Shown here: piece after piece, positions 12,868 through 25,976 of the stretch
Position numbering within the stretch: the stretch's first letter is position 1
How the letters are laid out: the number at the start of each line of letters is the position of its first letter
Origin: Chromera velia
Lineage: Eukaryota
Assembly (NCBI GenBank): GCA_018398765.1
Contig: JAHBMJ010000488.1
Span: forward strand, 1-64,000
DNA: 64,000 nucleotides
Reading direction: 5' to 3'
Translations under genes and position numbers: made by a program
The notes under the pieces: model-generated
Databases searched by the model: none
What the model saw: the letters and a program-made list of their open reading frames with translations, nothing else
What the model was told of the DNA's origin: nothing

Positions 12868-13660
12868 GTAGGTGAGTGCCTCTGTGGGCTTGGACCTTGG
12901 AAACAAGGACAGACAGAGGAATACATACACAGCGAGGCGGGGAGGGAGGGAGGAAAAAAAAAAGACCAAGTCAGTGAATAGCAGTTGCTGTCTGTATGTC
13001 TGGTTGAGGAGTCCAGGTCAACTCGTGCATGTGTAGGGTCCCCTCGCTCTTTTTTTTCAGTTCACGCCTTCAGTCACTTTGCAGGACATGTGAGTGACTG
13101 ACCAATGCGGTACGTTCCGCCGCATTCTTCTTTTAGTACCTTTCGAAAATTTCATTCATCGCTTTATGCTGAGTGCTCGCTGCTTGCAGGACGAGCAGAC
13201 AGAGCTTACCGTCGCCCACCTTGCCGCCTTTGGAGGCAACCCGCGTCTGGATCACTTTCTGTACTTCTCGGGGGCCTGGCACAACAGGTCTGTCGGTTTG
13301 TTGGTTGGTAGAGTTCTTTGTGCATTTCATTTGTGCATCTGCGCATTCACTTCTGTGTGTAGTTGATATTTGTTTGAGAGAGTCCATGTGTGTATCCGTG
13401 CAGATACTCTCTGCACGACCGACGCATGCATTTACATTCATATGCATTTATTTATTTAATTATTCATTTATTTTCTGTATGAAAGTAAATGTATGTATCT
13501 GTGCAGATACTCTCTGCACGACCGTCGCAAAGGGCTGGAGACTCGGAGGGACTGGTTCGAGAGGAGAAGGAGGGAGAAAGAGAGGGCGGCAGAAGAGGAA
13601 CGGTTGGATTTCCCTTTTTTCTTCCCTCTTTCTTTCTTTCTTTCTTTCTTTTTTTCTTTC

Positions 13661-13718
<58 letters not shown>

Positions 13719-16376
13719 TGTTTGTTTGTTTGTTTCTTCCTTTCTTTCTTTCTTTCTTTCTTTCTTTGTTTGTTTCTTTCTTTCTTTCTTTCTTTCTATA
13801 TTTCTTTCTTTTCTTTACTGATGTGTCCATCAATTCAGATCTCTGCCCATTATGACTGCTCGTCTGTGTCTAATTGCTGGCTTGCTTGCTTCCCTGCTTC
13901 TTCTCTGTGTGTCGGTCTTGAACTCGTGTTTAAATTCAATGAAGAAAATCGCTCATAAGTTCATTCATGAATGAAAGCAGGTGGAGGCAGAAGCAAAAGA
14001 GACTAGCCGAAGGTAAGGGCGAAGAGTCAGATGAGGATGACGACAACGGAGAGGACAATCTGAAGGGCGACAAAAAGAGGGTCCGTCGGTCGGCCTAACT
14101 GCCTGCCTGTCTCCCGGTTGTTTTGCCTCGATCTTCGGTGTGACAGTCTGTTTCTCGATTCGGCTGTTTCGTGGTCTGTCTGTCTGTCTGCCTACCTACC
14201 TGCCTTCCTGCCTGCCTATCTGTATGGCTGGCTGACTGCATCTCTATCTATTCGTTTGTCTGTCTGTCTGTCTGTCGCGTTGTCGGTAGTGGAATGTAAT
14301 CGATTTTCGTAAGGTGGAGTCGCATTTATCTGTCCTATGATTTTAGCTGATTCTCCGACTGATCATGCAGAAGCTTCGGCTGAAACAGTTGAAGGCCAAG
14401 CTCTTCTGGGGAAGTGACAAAGATTCTCTGGCAAAGAGAAGAGACCTCTGGCAAAAGTCAGTCAAGAGACCTAGCTCGGCACGTCTCCCTCAAGAAATTG
14501 AGGAAAGGAGAACCAGGGCTTGAAGGGGGGGAGAGTTGATTCTTTACTGCTGAACAATTGAAGACCTCACGCGTACTAATGTTGTGAGTGTCTCTCTGTG
14601 TTTCTTTCTTTGATTCGTTCATTCATTCATTTATCCGGGGGATAATTTTATCATGAGGCAACCGTATCGAAAGGGATGACTGTGCAGTCAGATTTGTCAA
14701 GGGCGCTCTCCAAATGCTGACGATTTCTCTCGTGTCACTGAAGCATTCACGTTCATTTCATTTGTCGAGTATCCGTGCAGGTGGGACCTGAACAAGGACG
14801 ACCGTCTGTCCGTTGCTGAGGCAGTGGAGGGCCTAACGAAACACTTGAAACTGAACGAGAAGGGACAAAAAATCGATAAGGCTATCGTCTTGAGAGCCTT
14901 CAAGCATGCAGCTGTCAGTTGCGAATCTGTGTCTTCTGGTATTTTTTTCTCCTGTTTTCTTCCTTCTTACTGCTTTTCTTTTTCTTCTTCTTCACATCTC
15001 TTCTCTTCTCTCTTCCTTTTTGTTATTTCCGCTGCGAGCCAGCGGACATGAATCGCCGTCGATGCATGCACTCTCGCAGCCTTTCTCTCCGTCCGATGAG
15101 AAGGTGCAGGGAGTTTCAGGGAGTGTCTGCATCCTTTCATTCAGTCTTCCTTCCATGCACCTCCTCGCCTCCTCTCCTTTCCCCTCTCGGCTGTCTTTCC
15201 GTCTTTGTGAGTGCCTGCCTGCAGGGCCACGAGGAGGAGGACGAAGAGGACCTCGAAGAGAAGGAAGAGGGCGGGGGAGAGGTGCCAACCTTGAGGGTGA
15301 CAAACTCGAAGGGCGACTTGAAGGAGGACGAAGAGGACAAGGACGGCAGTGACAAGGGGAGTGGGGGGAGCCAGTCGGGGACGTCCATTCCCTCCTCTGC
15401 AGTCTCTTCCAGGGCAGGGAGCAGAAGAGGATCCTTTGCAGAGACGGAAACAAAATCCGTTGGGGGAGCAAACTCGACACTCGGGAAGACCTCACGACCC
15501 GGCACCTCTAGGCACAAGAAGGGCGCCGTGGTCACCCACCTCCTCTGGCCCCAATTCAGACGCTTCCTCTACCTCGTCACTCAGTATTTCATGTTCCACG
15601 AACTCTTCAAGTCAGTTCTTATACATATTCTTTTGTACATGCAGGCATTCATACTTACATTCATTGCATATCGTTAGACACAAACTTGTTTTCTTGTTGG
15701 ATTGTTCCCGAAGAAAGGGTCTGCAAAGTCTTCAACTTCGATCAAAGAGCCAATTGGGAAACTTGTACTCCTCAATTGAATTTGTTCGAAGTTTTTCACG
15801 GTTCTGGGAAACAAAAAAAAGAGACCTCCAAGATTCCCACCCTCTGCGGAATACCTATCATGAGTGAAAACTCAAAAGTAAGTCCTCTATGATCATGAAG
15901 TCATCCATCATCTCATCCATTCGCATGCAGATACATCGACACATACCGCATGCATTCATTTTCATATACAGGGAATGAATGCATTCACCCATGGGCATCA
16001 TGTGCCTGCAGGGACATTGACACCGACGGCACGATGTCCATCGACATTCAGGAGTTCTCTCAGTCAGTCTCTCTCCCTATCAGTATGTGAGATTCTTTTT
16101 GAGAATGCACAGAAGGAGCAAGTGTGAATGTTCAGGTGTTGTTCCTGTCAGCGCGTGGACCACCTTTTCGTATCCTCAAGAGAAGCAGGGCCATCGAGAT
16201 ACTACTGAAAGTTGATTTTATGTGTACGTGACCACGAAAGCCTTCATTGGAGCTGACGGTGAATGGGTTCGAAGAAAGTCTGCGAGACAGATGGAGGGGA
16301 ACGACGGACACAGTCACATGTAGAGAGCCAAGTACACCCTAGAAAATCATGGAAGAGTCCACATGTATACACACTC

Positions 16377-16408
<32 letters not shown>

Positions 16409-17010
16409 TTTTTCTTTCTTTCTTTCGTTAATTCCGCATGCAGAGCCTCGGAGGCCATGAAGGAGGTCGGGTGTTTCATCCGAGACCCCGTGGCTGAGTT
16501 CGCTCAGATAGATACAGACAAGAGCGGGTGCCTCTCTTTCATGGAGTTCTGCGAATTCTGTTGGAGGAACTCTCTCGACCTGCCGTCAGTCAGCAGTTTC
16601 TTTTCTTTCACTCTTGCTAAAGCTTCTTTGTATCCAATTTCTCCCTTTCTTTTTTTTTCTCACTCTCGGATTCTGGCGAGGCCATTCTTCCAATCCATCC
16701 ACCATTGAGTGAACATTTCGGGGACGGACACTCACCTTTGTTTGGATCAGGAACTTCTTGCAAAAGCAAGCAAGCCTGGGGTACCTGAATGTCTTCTTCC
16801 TCCCCCCCCCCCCTCCATGCATGCTTGTGTGCAGATTCGACGACAACTACGAGCCTGACGACCAAACGAAAAAGATCATCAAGGGGGTCCGGCAGAGGAA
16901 GAGAATGAACGTCCTCGACAACCTCCCGAAGAATGAGAGGTGAGGTGGCCGATGTCAGTGTGTATGGGAAGGTATTTTTGTGTGGACGTCTTCAACTTAA
17001 TCTTGAACAC

Positions 17011-17051
<41 letters not shown>

Positions 17052-19080
17052 CTCATTGTGTATGCGCTCTGCATGCAGGTGGGATGCCCTTATGTCCATG
17101 ATTCCTGCCGGAAAGGATGCCGCAAAGGCGCGTGCCAAGCTGTTTGCCGATCTGGACTCCGGCAAGGGTCGGGGTGCGAACCTGCTGACGTACTCGGAGC
17201 TTTGGGGGAATCTTCGGAAGAAGTTCAGAGGGATGCAGCTGCCGGGGTGCCTCAACCTGTCGTGGCCAGTCAAGGCCGCGTTTGAGGCTGCACGGATGTC
17301 GGGAGGAGACAAGGTGAGTGTGGGAGTAAGTGAGATCGTTGATGAGAAAATGCGCAAATGAGTGTCTGTGTGCGTGCGGGTTGATTCTTTCTCGAAGAAA
17401 GAGAAAGTTGCCTGGTTTGAAAATCCCCTGTCGATCTGGATGTTTGAAGAGAGGGTGAGATCTGTTAGACAGATAGAGCTTCCCGTGAATTCAAGGGGCT
17501 ACTTCACTCTAGGGGAAAATTATTGTTTACGACGATCGCTCTCATACGCTGATCTGTCCATGCGTCGCTCACTGACTGGCCGACTGACTGCAGGAAAACG
17601 AAAGCCGCCTGGAGAGAATGAGCCTCTCGAGACCGGAATTCAGGGCCTTCTGTGAGTACTTGCGGGTGTTCATGACTCTTTTCAGGTTAGTCCGTGTCTA
17701 GTATCTATCTTCTGCTGCCTCTATCTCTTTCTGTGTGTCCCTTTTGATTGGATCCTTTTGCAAAGGTCTTCACACATTCGGAGTGTAGCTGCCGAAATTC
17801 ACGCCACCATTCTGCTTGATTGCCTGTCTCAGAGAACATTTTACTTTCAGTTGACGAAACAAATCCCGTACCTCTCCGCTGCTCTTTCCTTCCTTCCTCT
17901 AGTGCATTTGATGAAAGACCCCTATGGCTTTGGGAAGGCAGACTTAATCAACAAATTGAATTGCAAGGGCAAAATTCCTGAGAACATTTGATGTAACGAC
18001 AACTTGTGTACCCTTGTGTCTGTCTGTCTGTATGCATGGATGCGAGTGTATTATATAATGAATATGGGGAGGGCATGCAGGATGTTCGAGAACCTGGACA
18101 CTTCTGGAGAGGGGAGATTGGATTTCGACGAATTCCAACAAGGATGGAGCCAGATGTACGAGTGGGGGTTCAGGTCAGTCAGTCAGTGAAACACTTAGGG
18201 AGATCGAGGGTCATGACATCTTTTTCTTGGAGTCAACACACATGCGATACTTGCACTTGCTTTCGCAGCTCAGCCCCACTGAAGCGTTCTTTTGCAGCTT
18301 TCAAAATGAAACGTGATCCACAGGAAGAACCGCTCTTTCGGGAGTGCAACAAACTTTTTCTTTCCCTTTCCAACCCCCCGCTGCCGACAAACACGCCCCT
18401 GACTGCCCCACCCCAATCCACCCCTGCACACAGGATGGAGGGCACCTGCGAGGAGAACTTCCGAGAAGCCTCCCAGATGGGTCAGGGCAAGAAGGACCTC
18501 TCGGCCTTGGAGTTCTTCAATTGGGCCCTCAAACAGCCCCTCGACATCTCGTTCGAGAGCGATCCGGACCAAGAGGAGGAGACAGAGGACTCACAGGTTT
18601 GTCAGACAGAGACCGTGTCTTAGATTTTCATGTCCCGGAATCTCAACAAAAAATCGACGAACGGCCCCGAAAGCAGACAGATAGACAGAAAGAGAGACGG
18701 ACAAGCAAGGAAGCCAGCCAGCAAGAAATCCCTCAACCTCACGCACCTTTCATGTCTCTGAGCATGAATTTCCTTCTTCCCCTGCTTCTCTACAGAGTGC
18801 GCCCGCCAACGGATCATCCAACCGCACTTCCCCGGAGCCGCCCGCAGACGACGAAAAGGAAGGGGGAGATGGAGAACAAGCCGAGGCAACAGAAGGAGCA
18901 ACGTCCGGAGAAAGGGCAGACGCGTCAGCCCCAGCGGATGCAGGGGGGGGAGGAGAAGGAGGAGACGGCGTTGAGGCTGCCGGAGAGAGTGGGCCACCGG
19001 AGGATGGGGAGACGGCAGGGGATCCAGGGGACCCATCAGGTGCCGGAGGGGGAGAGGGCGAGGGAGGAGGGGGGGGGTGA
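10799..19080 (+). CDS. Ankyrin-repeat protein with two C-terminal calflagin (flagellar Ca2+-binding protein)-like EF-hand domains and an acidic Gly-rich tail; paralog A, multi-exon
   Basis: A 6-nt first exon ATGACG|GTCCGT is followed by ankyrin exons (SALWHAAWKG, GRTALHEAAFYG, GRTPIFRAVEG, TVAHLAAFGG). EF-hand loops include DLNKDDRLSVAE, DTDGTMSIDIQE, DTDKSGCLSFME and DTSGEGRLDFDE. The RAFK...QFRRFL...FHELF pattern resembles trypanosome calflagins. TGA at 19078-19080. Confidence 0.85.
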
Positions 19081-20773
19081 CCTGATTGAATGACCTGCTT
19101 GATGGTAGAACGATGAAATAACCGAAAACGAAATTCATTTTCTGTGTAGTGGAGTTCCGCCTGCATGAATTGTTGTTGTGACTGACTGACTACATGAAGG
19201 AAAATTTTTTGACACAGGGGGGAAAGGTGTTCTTCCTTGCTTGCTTGCTGGTTTTCTTGCTTGTTCGGCTGGCTTTGAGAGACGGCTTCTTTCAATATAA
19301 TGGTATCCTCACGGCTCCTCGGGCATCGATAGCAGAAGCCTTTCTCATGTAAATTTCTTCTGAACACGAACACACAAATCTAAGTGGAATGGGCAATTGG
19401 GAGAAGGATGGTAAGAGACAATCAAATGAGGGAGTCAAAGGAAGGGCTGATGTAACTAATGAACGCGATGTGGTCAGTTTGACCATTGGTGAAAGCCGTC
19501 AATCCTTTCCTTCTTCCTTGTGCAACAATGTGATCTTCTGCAACTAGACCGGGGCGTCTCTCGATTTGTGCGCCAATCGAGATGCAGAGAGAGGAATTTT
19601 ATGATGGAGATCAACCAGGCAGGGTTCTTTTACAGAGCAAAGGATCTGATCCCTGCACAATGTAGAATCTGCCTGCATGTGTTGTTCATCCCTTCAACCG
19701 GTTTCCAAGTCGATTGGTTGATTTTGCCGGACTCTCTTCGTTCGACCGCTCTGTCTAGCGCTGTGTGAAGATGAAACGCTCTGCAAACGAAGAATCAAAC
19801 AAAGCCGTTGATTCCATGCCAGCACTACCTAGAGCGCTGCCACGACGAGCCTGCCACTCAGCCTGGGTTGTGCAGTCACTTGTGCAAAGAGGAAAAAGAA
19901 GAGTAAGCTAGAGAGAGACGGCCTCAGACGGCCCTAAGTCATATATAGTCTAAATTCTAATCTCAATTATAATAGGTAAAGTTCCTGGTAAATAGCTATG
20001 TCCGTGCACAAAAGGCCATCCCACTCTAAATTCACCTGTTATTGTGAATATCTAGGTGAATATAACTCAGCTGAAGGTAAATAAGAATTCTATGACTTTA
20101 ATTTATATACAAAACTTATTTGTTACTTCAAGTTAGTATAGTAGTATGCCAGTGCCTCTATTTTGAATTATTCAAGTTACTATCCACTAGTAATAGTATT
20201 CTCATGAATTATCATGTCTGGTCTCATGTCATCAATCATCTTAGCGATCATCATCATCATCTCAATTTATATGCCATTCCTATCAGCCTATTTCTAGGCT
20301 TTTAGCTTCGAGACAGTGTCTTCTTATAATAGCGTTAAATTCATAACCATCATACCTAAATACATGAACAGTATGATGAACTTTTCCCGATGGGGTTTAA
20401 TTCATTTAATTTATTTGGCATTTTATTATCAGTATAGTTTTTAATATAGACTAATAAAAGCCTAGTAAGTTAAATTTTTATATTAGAGACTGGATTATAG
20501 AGATCAAATTTTGAGGATTATGAACCTTTTGTACTAGTTTGTACATAATCTATATGTAAGTAAATTGCTGGAATTATTGTATACATAGATTTAATATCTA
20601 ATATGGATTGTTTTGATAAAATAAAATAATTCGTTTACTAATTTGTTGTAACTTACGCTGTTTCTTTAAACTTTCTTACGCTCTCCATTATTCTCAATAG
20701 CACTTTTCTGTTTATTTTCTGTTTGCATGGATTCCTTCTTAATTCAGAGAAGGCTTCCCAGCTGCTGCCCCCA

Positions 20774-22726
20774 TCATGGAGTCTTCAGAGAGTCTGTGCC
20801 TGCATTTGACAGGGCAGCATTTGAATCTCCTTCTTCGGTCTTCTCCTCCTGAGCCGGCTCCCCCACTGAGGCACCACTGGCCTCTTCCGTCCCCTCGTTC
20901 TCTGGTGTTTCTTTTGCCTCCGTACACTGCCTGAGGAGTACTTTGAGCACTCGCTCCTGAAGCAGAGCACAGCGGCGCTTGTGGGCTGACGGAGAAGGGC
21001 CCCCCCCATCAGGGCCCTTCATGTTCCAGTGGGCTTTCTGACATTCCCGGGAACAGTAGACTGCAAGCTCGCACACCTTACAGTGCATCTGGGCTTGAGG
21101 TGTTTCCTTTCCGCACTTCTCGCAAGGGATTGTCCAGGCCTCCCTCACCTGTCGTCGGGAGCACATGGCATTCCTGTAGGCATATTCTTTCTGCGAAGGA
21201 GCGGGGGGGGGGGAATTTGCTGCCGACTCTCTCTGCAAGTTCGAAGAGACGAGGAAGGGGGGAGTCTCTTGCCCCACTTCGAGGGTGCGACCTGCCTCAA
21301 ACGATGTGAGGATCTGCTGCTCTAGAAAGTCATACAGGCTGTGGAGGGGCTGTTCAGACAGGCGGGGAAAAGCCTTTCGGAGGTGTCGGTGGAGGGGCGT
21401 GCAGCAGGAGCATTTGGCATCCTGTGACTGCCCCTTGTGGGCGGAGGGATTTGGGTCGAGATAGACGTGCAAAAGGCCGAGAAACTTCCTCATGACACCC
21501 TCTTCGAACTTGAATACGTACCTGGTAGATGATACTGCCCCGTTCATATTTTCGTCCTGCTTTATCACCTCTGTCCAGCTCCTTTCGAGCGATGCAAGTA
21601 ACTTGGCAATTTTTTTCCCGTCTTTTCGAACTCTTTCCGCAACTTTTCGATTCTGAAGGCTCATGAGGATTGCCTTGACTGTGAAAAGCAATTGGTGCCT
21701 TGCACATTGCCAATCATCCCCTGTCTCCATCTTCCTTTTTCCCCACCTGCATACTGCATCATCAAACAGCGATCGTGCTTCTGCGGCGGAATCTGCTGCG
21801 GCAAATGCGGACTTGTGAGCTTGCTTGATGGCTGTGGACATACCCAACCATTCAAATTCGGACACTGCCCCCCCCCAATTCCATATTCTGTCATAGGCTG
21901 TTGTGTGATCTTCTCGGGAGATCTTCCAAAGTGCGCGGAAGACTGGGGCAAATTCCAGTGAGGCATTTTCTTTCTTTTGCATGTCTGCAGGGGCACAGCA
22001 GTTCAAGCTCTCCACTGTCTGTCTGGAAAGGCCCCCAAATCGGACAAGAACCTTTACAAGACGGAATGCTGAAGTGACGTGCTGGTATGTATGCCCCAGT
22101 CGAGGAAAGAAGTTCTTCAATCCTAGTTTGAAAGCTGTGCTCTTCAGTACAATGTGACACAGGTGGGGTTTTGCCTCCATAAGGAGCTTTAGGAGATCTG
22201 CAGCCATGGCGACTACCCCAGAAGGGTACACGCCCTTTCTCTGTCGTGCCGAGCCACCGCAGAACATCCACAGGATGGAGTGGAAGAAGTCTTTGATCAA
22301 CAGAAGGTCATCCACCACCTCGATGAAGCCTGAGGGGTCTGCTCTTTGCATTTGAGAAAGAGGATGTCCCAACGGGCCGAAGCATTCAACAACCAGGTAC
22401 CTCTCAACAGAGCATACCAACATGTCGCGACTGAAATCGATTGGCTCAAAGCCAGACTTGAACTCGGAAACTTTCTGCTGCAGCCACTGAAAAGTGCAGC
22501 CGTGCACTGCTCTTTCCACATGGTCTTCTCCTGATTCCGAGTCTGTTGTATTCAACAACGACAATGAGGTTTTAAGTAATTCAACGCATTCAAGCATTTG
22601 CAGCGCTGCACTTCGCAAAGCGGTGTACTTCGAGCTCGCAAGGGCGAAATCAGGTATCTTCTGACCAACAGAGCCGTTCTCTGGGGCCTGGAACAAAGTC
22701 TGCTCCAGGAACTGTGGCGTGCCCAT
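20774..22726 (-). CDS. Intronless ~650 aa protein with a C-terminal MYND-type zinc finger
   Basis: Long open frame with first in-frame ATG at 22726; motif CEKC...CKVCELAVYCSRECQKAHW...HKRRC. Confidence 0.85.
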   Translation of the reverse strand: MGTPQFLEQTLFQAPENGSVGQKIPDFALASSKYTALRSAALQMLECVELLKTSLSLLNTTDSESGEDHVERAVHGCTFQWLQQKVSEFKSGFEPIDFSRDMLVCSVERYLVVECFGPLGHPLSQMQRADPSGFIEVVDDLLLIKDFFHSILWMFCGGSARQRKGVYPSGVVAMAADLLKLLMEAKPHLCHIVLKSTAFKLGLKNFFPRLGHTYQHVTSAFRLVKVLVRFGGLSRQTVESLNCCAPADMQKKENASLEFAPVFRALWKISREDHTTAYDRIWNWGGAVSEFEWLGMSTAIKQAHKSAFAAADSAAEARSLFDDAVCRWGKRKMETGDDWQCARHQLLFTVKAILMSLQNRKVAERVRKDGKKIAKLLASLERSWTEVIKQDENMNGAVSSTRYVFKFEEGVMRKFLGLLHVYLDPNPSAHKGQSQDAKCSCCTPLHRHLRKAFPRLSEQPLHSLYDFLEQQILTSFEAGRTLEVGQETPPFLVSSNLQRESAANSPPPAPSQKEYAYRNAMCSRRQVREAWTIPCEKCGKETPQAQMHCKVCELAVYCSRECQKAHWNMKGPDGGGPSPSAHKRRCALLQERVLKVLLRQCTEAKETPENEGTEEASGASVGEPAQEEKTEEGDSNAALSNAGTDSLKTP

Positions 22727-24769
22727 GTTTGTCACCCCCCGCGTCAGGCCTCTGGGTGCTGTTGCAGAAACATGCGAGCTGAAGAAGGTGGGCGGACCTG
22801 GTGTTGCGCGGACTCAGTGCGAATTTGTTTTCGATTTGTACGCGAAGGATTGGCGAAAGCACAACGAATGGATAATTGGTCCTCTAGTAAGCTGCAGACT
22901 CAATAACAGAAGCTTGGGCCAGGACGATCATGCAATCGAGAAACCTCGCTGTCAGAGCGAGTTCTGTTGCACAGAATTGGCATGTTGCACATGCAATGCA
23001 AGAACAAACCCCTACATAAAATTTTGACAAAAAAAAAATTAAAAGCACGGATCGACATAGTTTATATAGACATATGCAGCTAGATCGAGTCTGCAAGGCT
23101 CGCGCGCGCGTTTTGCGCGATAAAAACTCGGAAATCGCGCCCATGTGCGCAACCTCGCGCGCGGGCGTGTCTCCCGAGCCTATATAGCTCAACCAACACT
23201 ATAACTAACGCCGGGCCGCGGAAGGTATAGAACCCGTGGCCCGTACGTGGTAGTACGTGGGATCAAGAGAGGTCGATCGAGGGGTTCGCGCCGGGGGGCG
23301 TCGGAGGCCTCCCTACCTAAAAAGGTTCCTAAACTCAGTTCCTAGTGGTGCTTAGCAAAGAAAAAAACGTCTTTTCTCCTTTTAAAATTGTATTTCCAAA
23401 ATCATAAAAATTGAATAAGAAAAGCTTTGTCTAACTTTATCTATACATCAACTTAGATTCAACTAACCCATATACAAATCAACCGATTCATGCAGTGAAA
23501 AAGTGCTCATACTCTGTGCTTAGCATCTGTTCTGTATCTGTAGTTGTCTTTAGTAACAGTTTTCCCTTCCCGTTTTCACAAAAAGTAATTGTAAAAGCAC
23601 ATATGCATATTGATACATACATCAAATTGTATTAAATTGTTGTGTATTAATCTGCATAGTCAAATCGAAAGTCTTTCTAGGAGTCTTTTTTTTTTGTAAA
23701 TTCATTTAAACTCACTGCTTGAATTCATTTAAGTTTATTAAATTCATTTATAAATTCCCTTAAAGTTACGCTATAAGTTTTGCAAACTTAAAAAAGTAGT
23801 TTTTGTTTTAAATATAGAGCTTTTATGATTGCGTGAAGTCTAGCGTGAAGTCGATTTTTATTATGATACATATACAGAAAGAAGGATTTCCACAACAAGG
23901 AGGAATATCGATTTACTAGTAGAGCATGCTCATTTCTATTTGAATACTATCCCTAGTCACGGTATCAACTTCGCATTGACTCAATTGTCTTCATTGCTGT
24001 GCATGACCTTTTACCTGAATCGAAAAAACAGCCTATTGAGTGCATGTTCAGACAAAGAAATGGTACCGACTCAATCAAACAGCAACGGCCAGTCAATTGT
24101 CTGAGTGTGCATATTCAAATGCACTCACTTAAATAAGAAAGCAAACAGGCAAGTAGAGCAGCCCTGCAGCCATTGAAGTCCGCTCGAAAGAGACTTGCAA
24201 GGATTTCTTTTCTTCAAAGTTCCCTCCCTCCTCTCACCCCCACTGGATGGATGACATAAATTCCGTCTGTCGTTCTAGATTCTGTTGCTGTCTCATCAGT
24301 CCATGCGTGAATCAGACGTCTGTCAACCATCATCCCCAATGCAACTCCCCTGCACAAGACAATTAATGTCATGCAATCTGCAGACCTCACTCACTTATTC
24401 GATCAGTCAATCATTCAAAAGAGAATGGAGTTTCATTTTGTTTTTCTTTTCTGGTCTTTTTGCGACTGTGTCTGACCGTGTTGATCTTTCGGTCGAGTGA
24501 TCCGTCCAGATGCATATTCTCGTAGTCACTTCTTCTAGTGCGTGTTCAGGGAAGTCTTCATTCATTTGTTCATGTATTCTTCTGCACATTTGCCTTCCCT
24601 CACGTCCGATCGCAAAGCCCACCAGAGAAGAGAAGAGAAGAGACGAGCACACGCGAGAAAGGGACGGTGGTGGGAACTTCACAAGTGGAAGAGAAAGAAC
24701 TAGGGCGAGAAAGAGAGAGAGACACAGACTGTCACAGTCAGACACGCAAAAAAGAAGTCACAAGAAGGT

Positions 24770-25943
24770 TCAAGAGGGAGGTTGCTCTTCTGCCGCCCCT
24801 CCCCCCTCGCCCCCGCCTCCCTCCCCGGAGGCCTCAGGTGGAGCCTCTGCTTCTCCTTCTGCTGCTGCGGCACCTGTCTCAGCCCCCCCTGCTTCGGCAG
24901 CCTCTCCCTCTCCCTCTTTTTCTTCTTTGGTGCCCTCTGCAGGTGCTTCTGCTCCTTCTGTCTCCCCCTCTTCCTCCTTTGTATTTGGGGCAATCGGCAG
25001 ATCTGGAGTGAGAGCCAGGGGCTCATCTGCCCCCTCTTCCTCTTCCTTCTTCTCCTGTTCATCCTCAGGATCTCCCTCGAAGGAAATCTCCAGAGGCTGC
25101 CCCATCGCCCAGTTGAAAAACTCCAGAGCAGAAATGCCATTCGACCCCTGAGCCATCGAGGCCGCCTTCGAGAAGTGATCCTCGGGGGTGCCCTCCATAC
25201 TGATGAAAGGAACATGCAGACACGAGCGCAAAGGAAAGTAAGGGTAGACATGAGAAGGAAGAAAAAATCATAAAAGGAAAGGTCCTCTCTCTTGTCTCAT
25301 GCATGAAAGAGAAACTCTAATTCAATCTGAGATACTTTCTGGATGTTTTAGTCAAAACCCATACGTACACCCCAAAAGAAACGCATATTTGAACATCTGC
25401 TCATCAGTCAGAAAGATGCACAAACATCACATTTGAAGAGAAAAACAAAAAAGCACAGAGAGAGAGAGAATGCACTCACGTGAATCCCCAGTCGGTCATC
25501 TGAGACCACCCAGTAGAGAATTCGCTCTCATCCAGAATTCCCTCTCCAGAGGTGTCCAGTTGCTCGAACATCCTGCACTCACGCATTCAGTATGTACACA
25601 CAGTCATTAGCTCTCTCCACACATATGTTGAAATAAGTCGAAGGAAAGGAAAACAGACCGAATGCACCCATGCACTAACTGTACAGCATTGGCATTCACA
25701 CGAGAACCCCATTTCTGCAGAAAGGGAAAATATGAATAAACAAATCCAAAGAAAAGCAGGCAGATTGAATGGAACCCCCCAACCAACCCACCAAAAAACC
25801 GACAGACAGACCTGAAGAGAGTCATGTACAGGCGGAGGTACTCGCAGAAGAACCGGAACTCCCTGCGAGAGAGGGAGGACCTGCCCAGAGAGTCCTCGCC
25901 CTCGTCGATCATTTGGGTGTTTCGGAACGCCGCCTGTCCAAAC

Positions 25944-25976
<33 letters not shown>

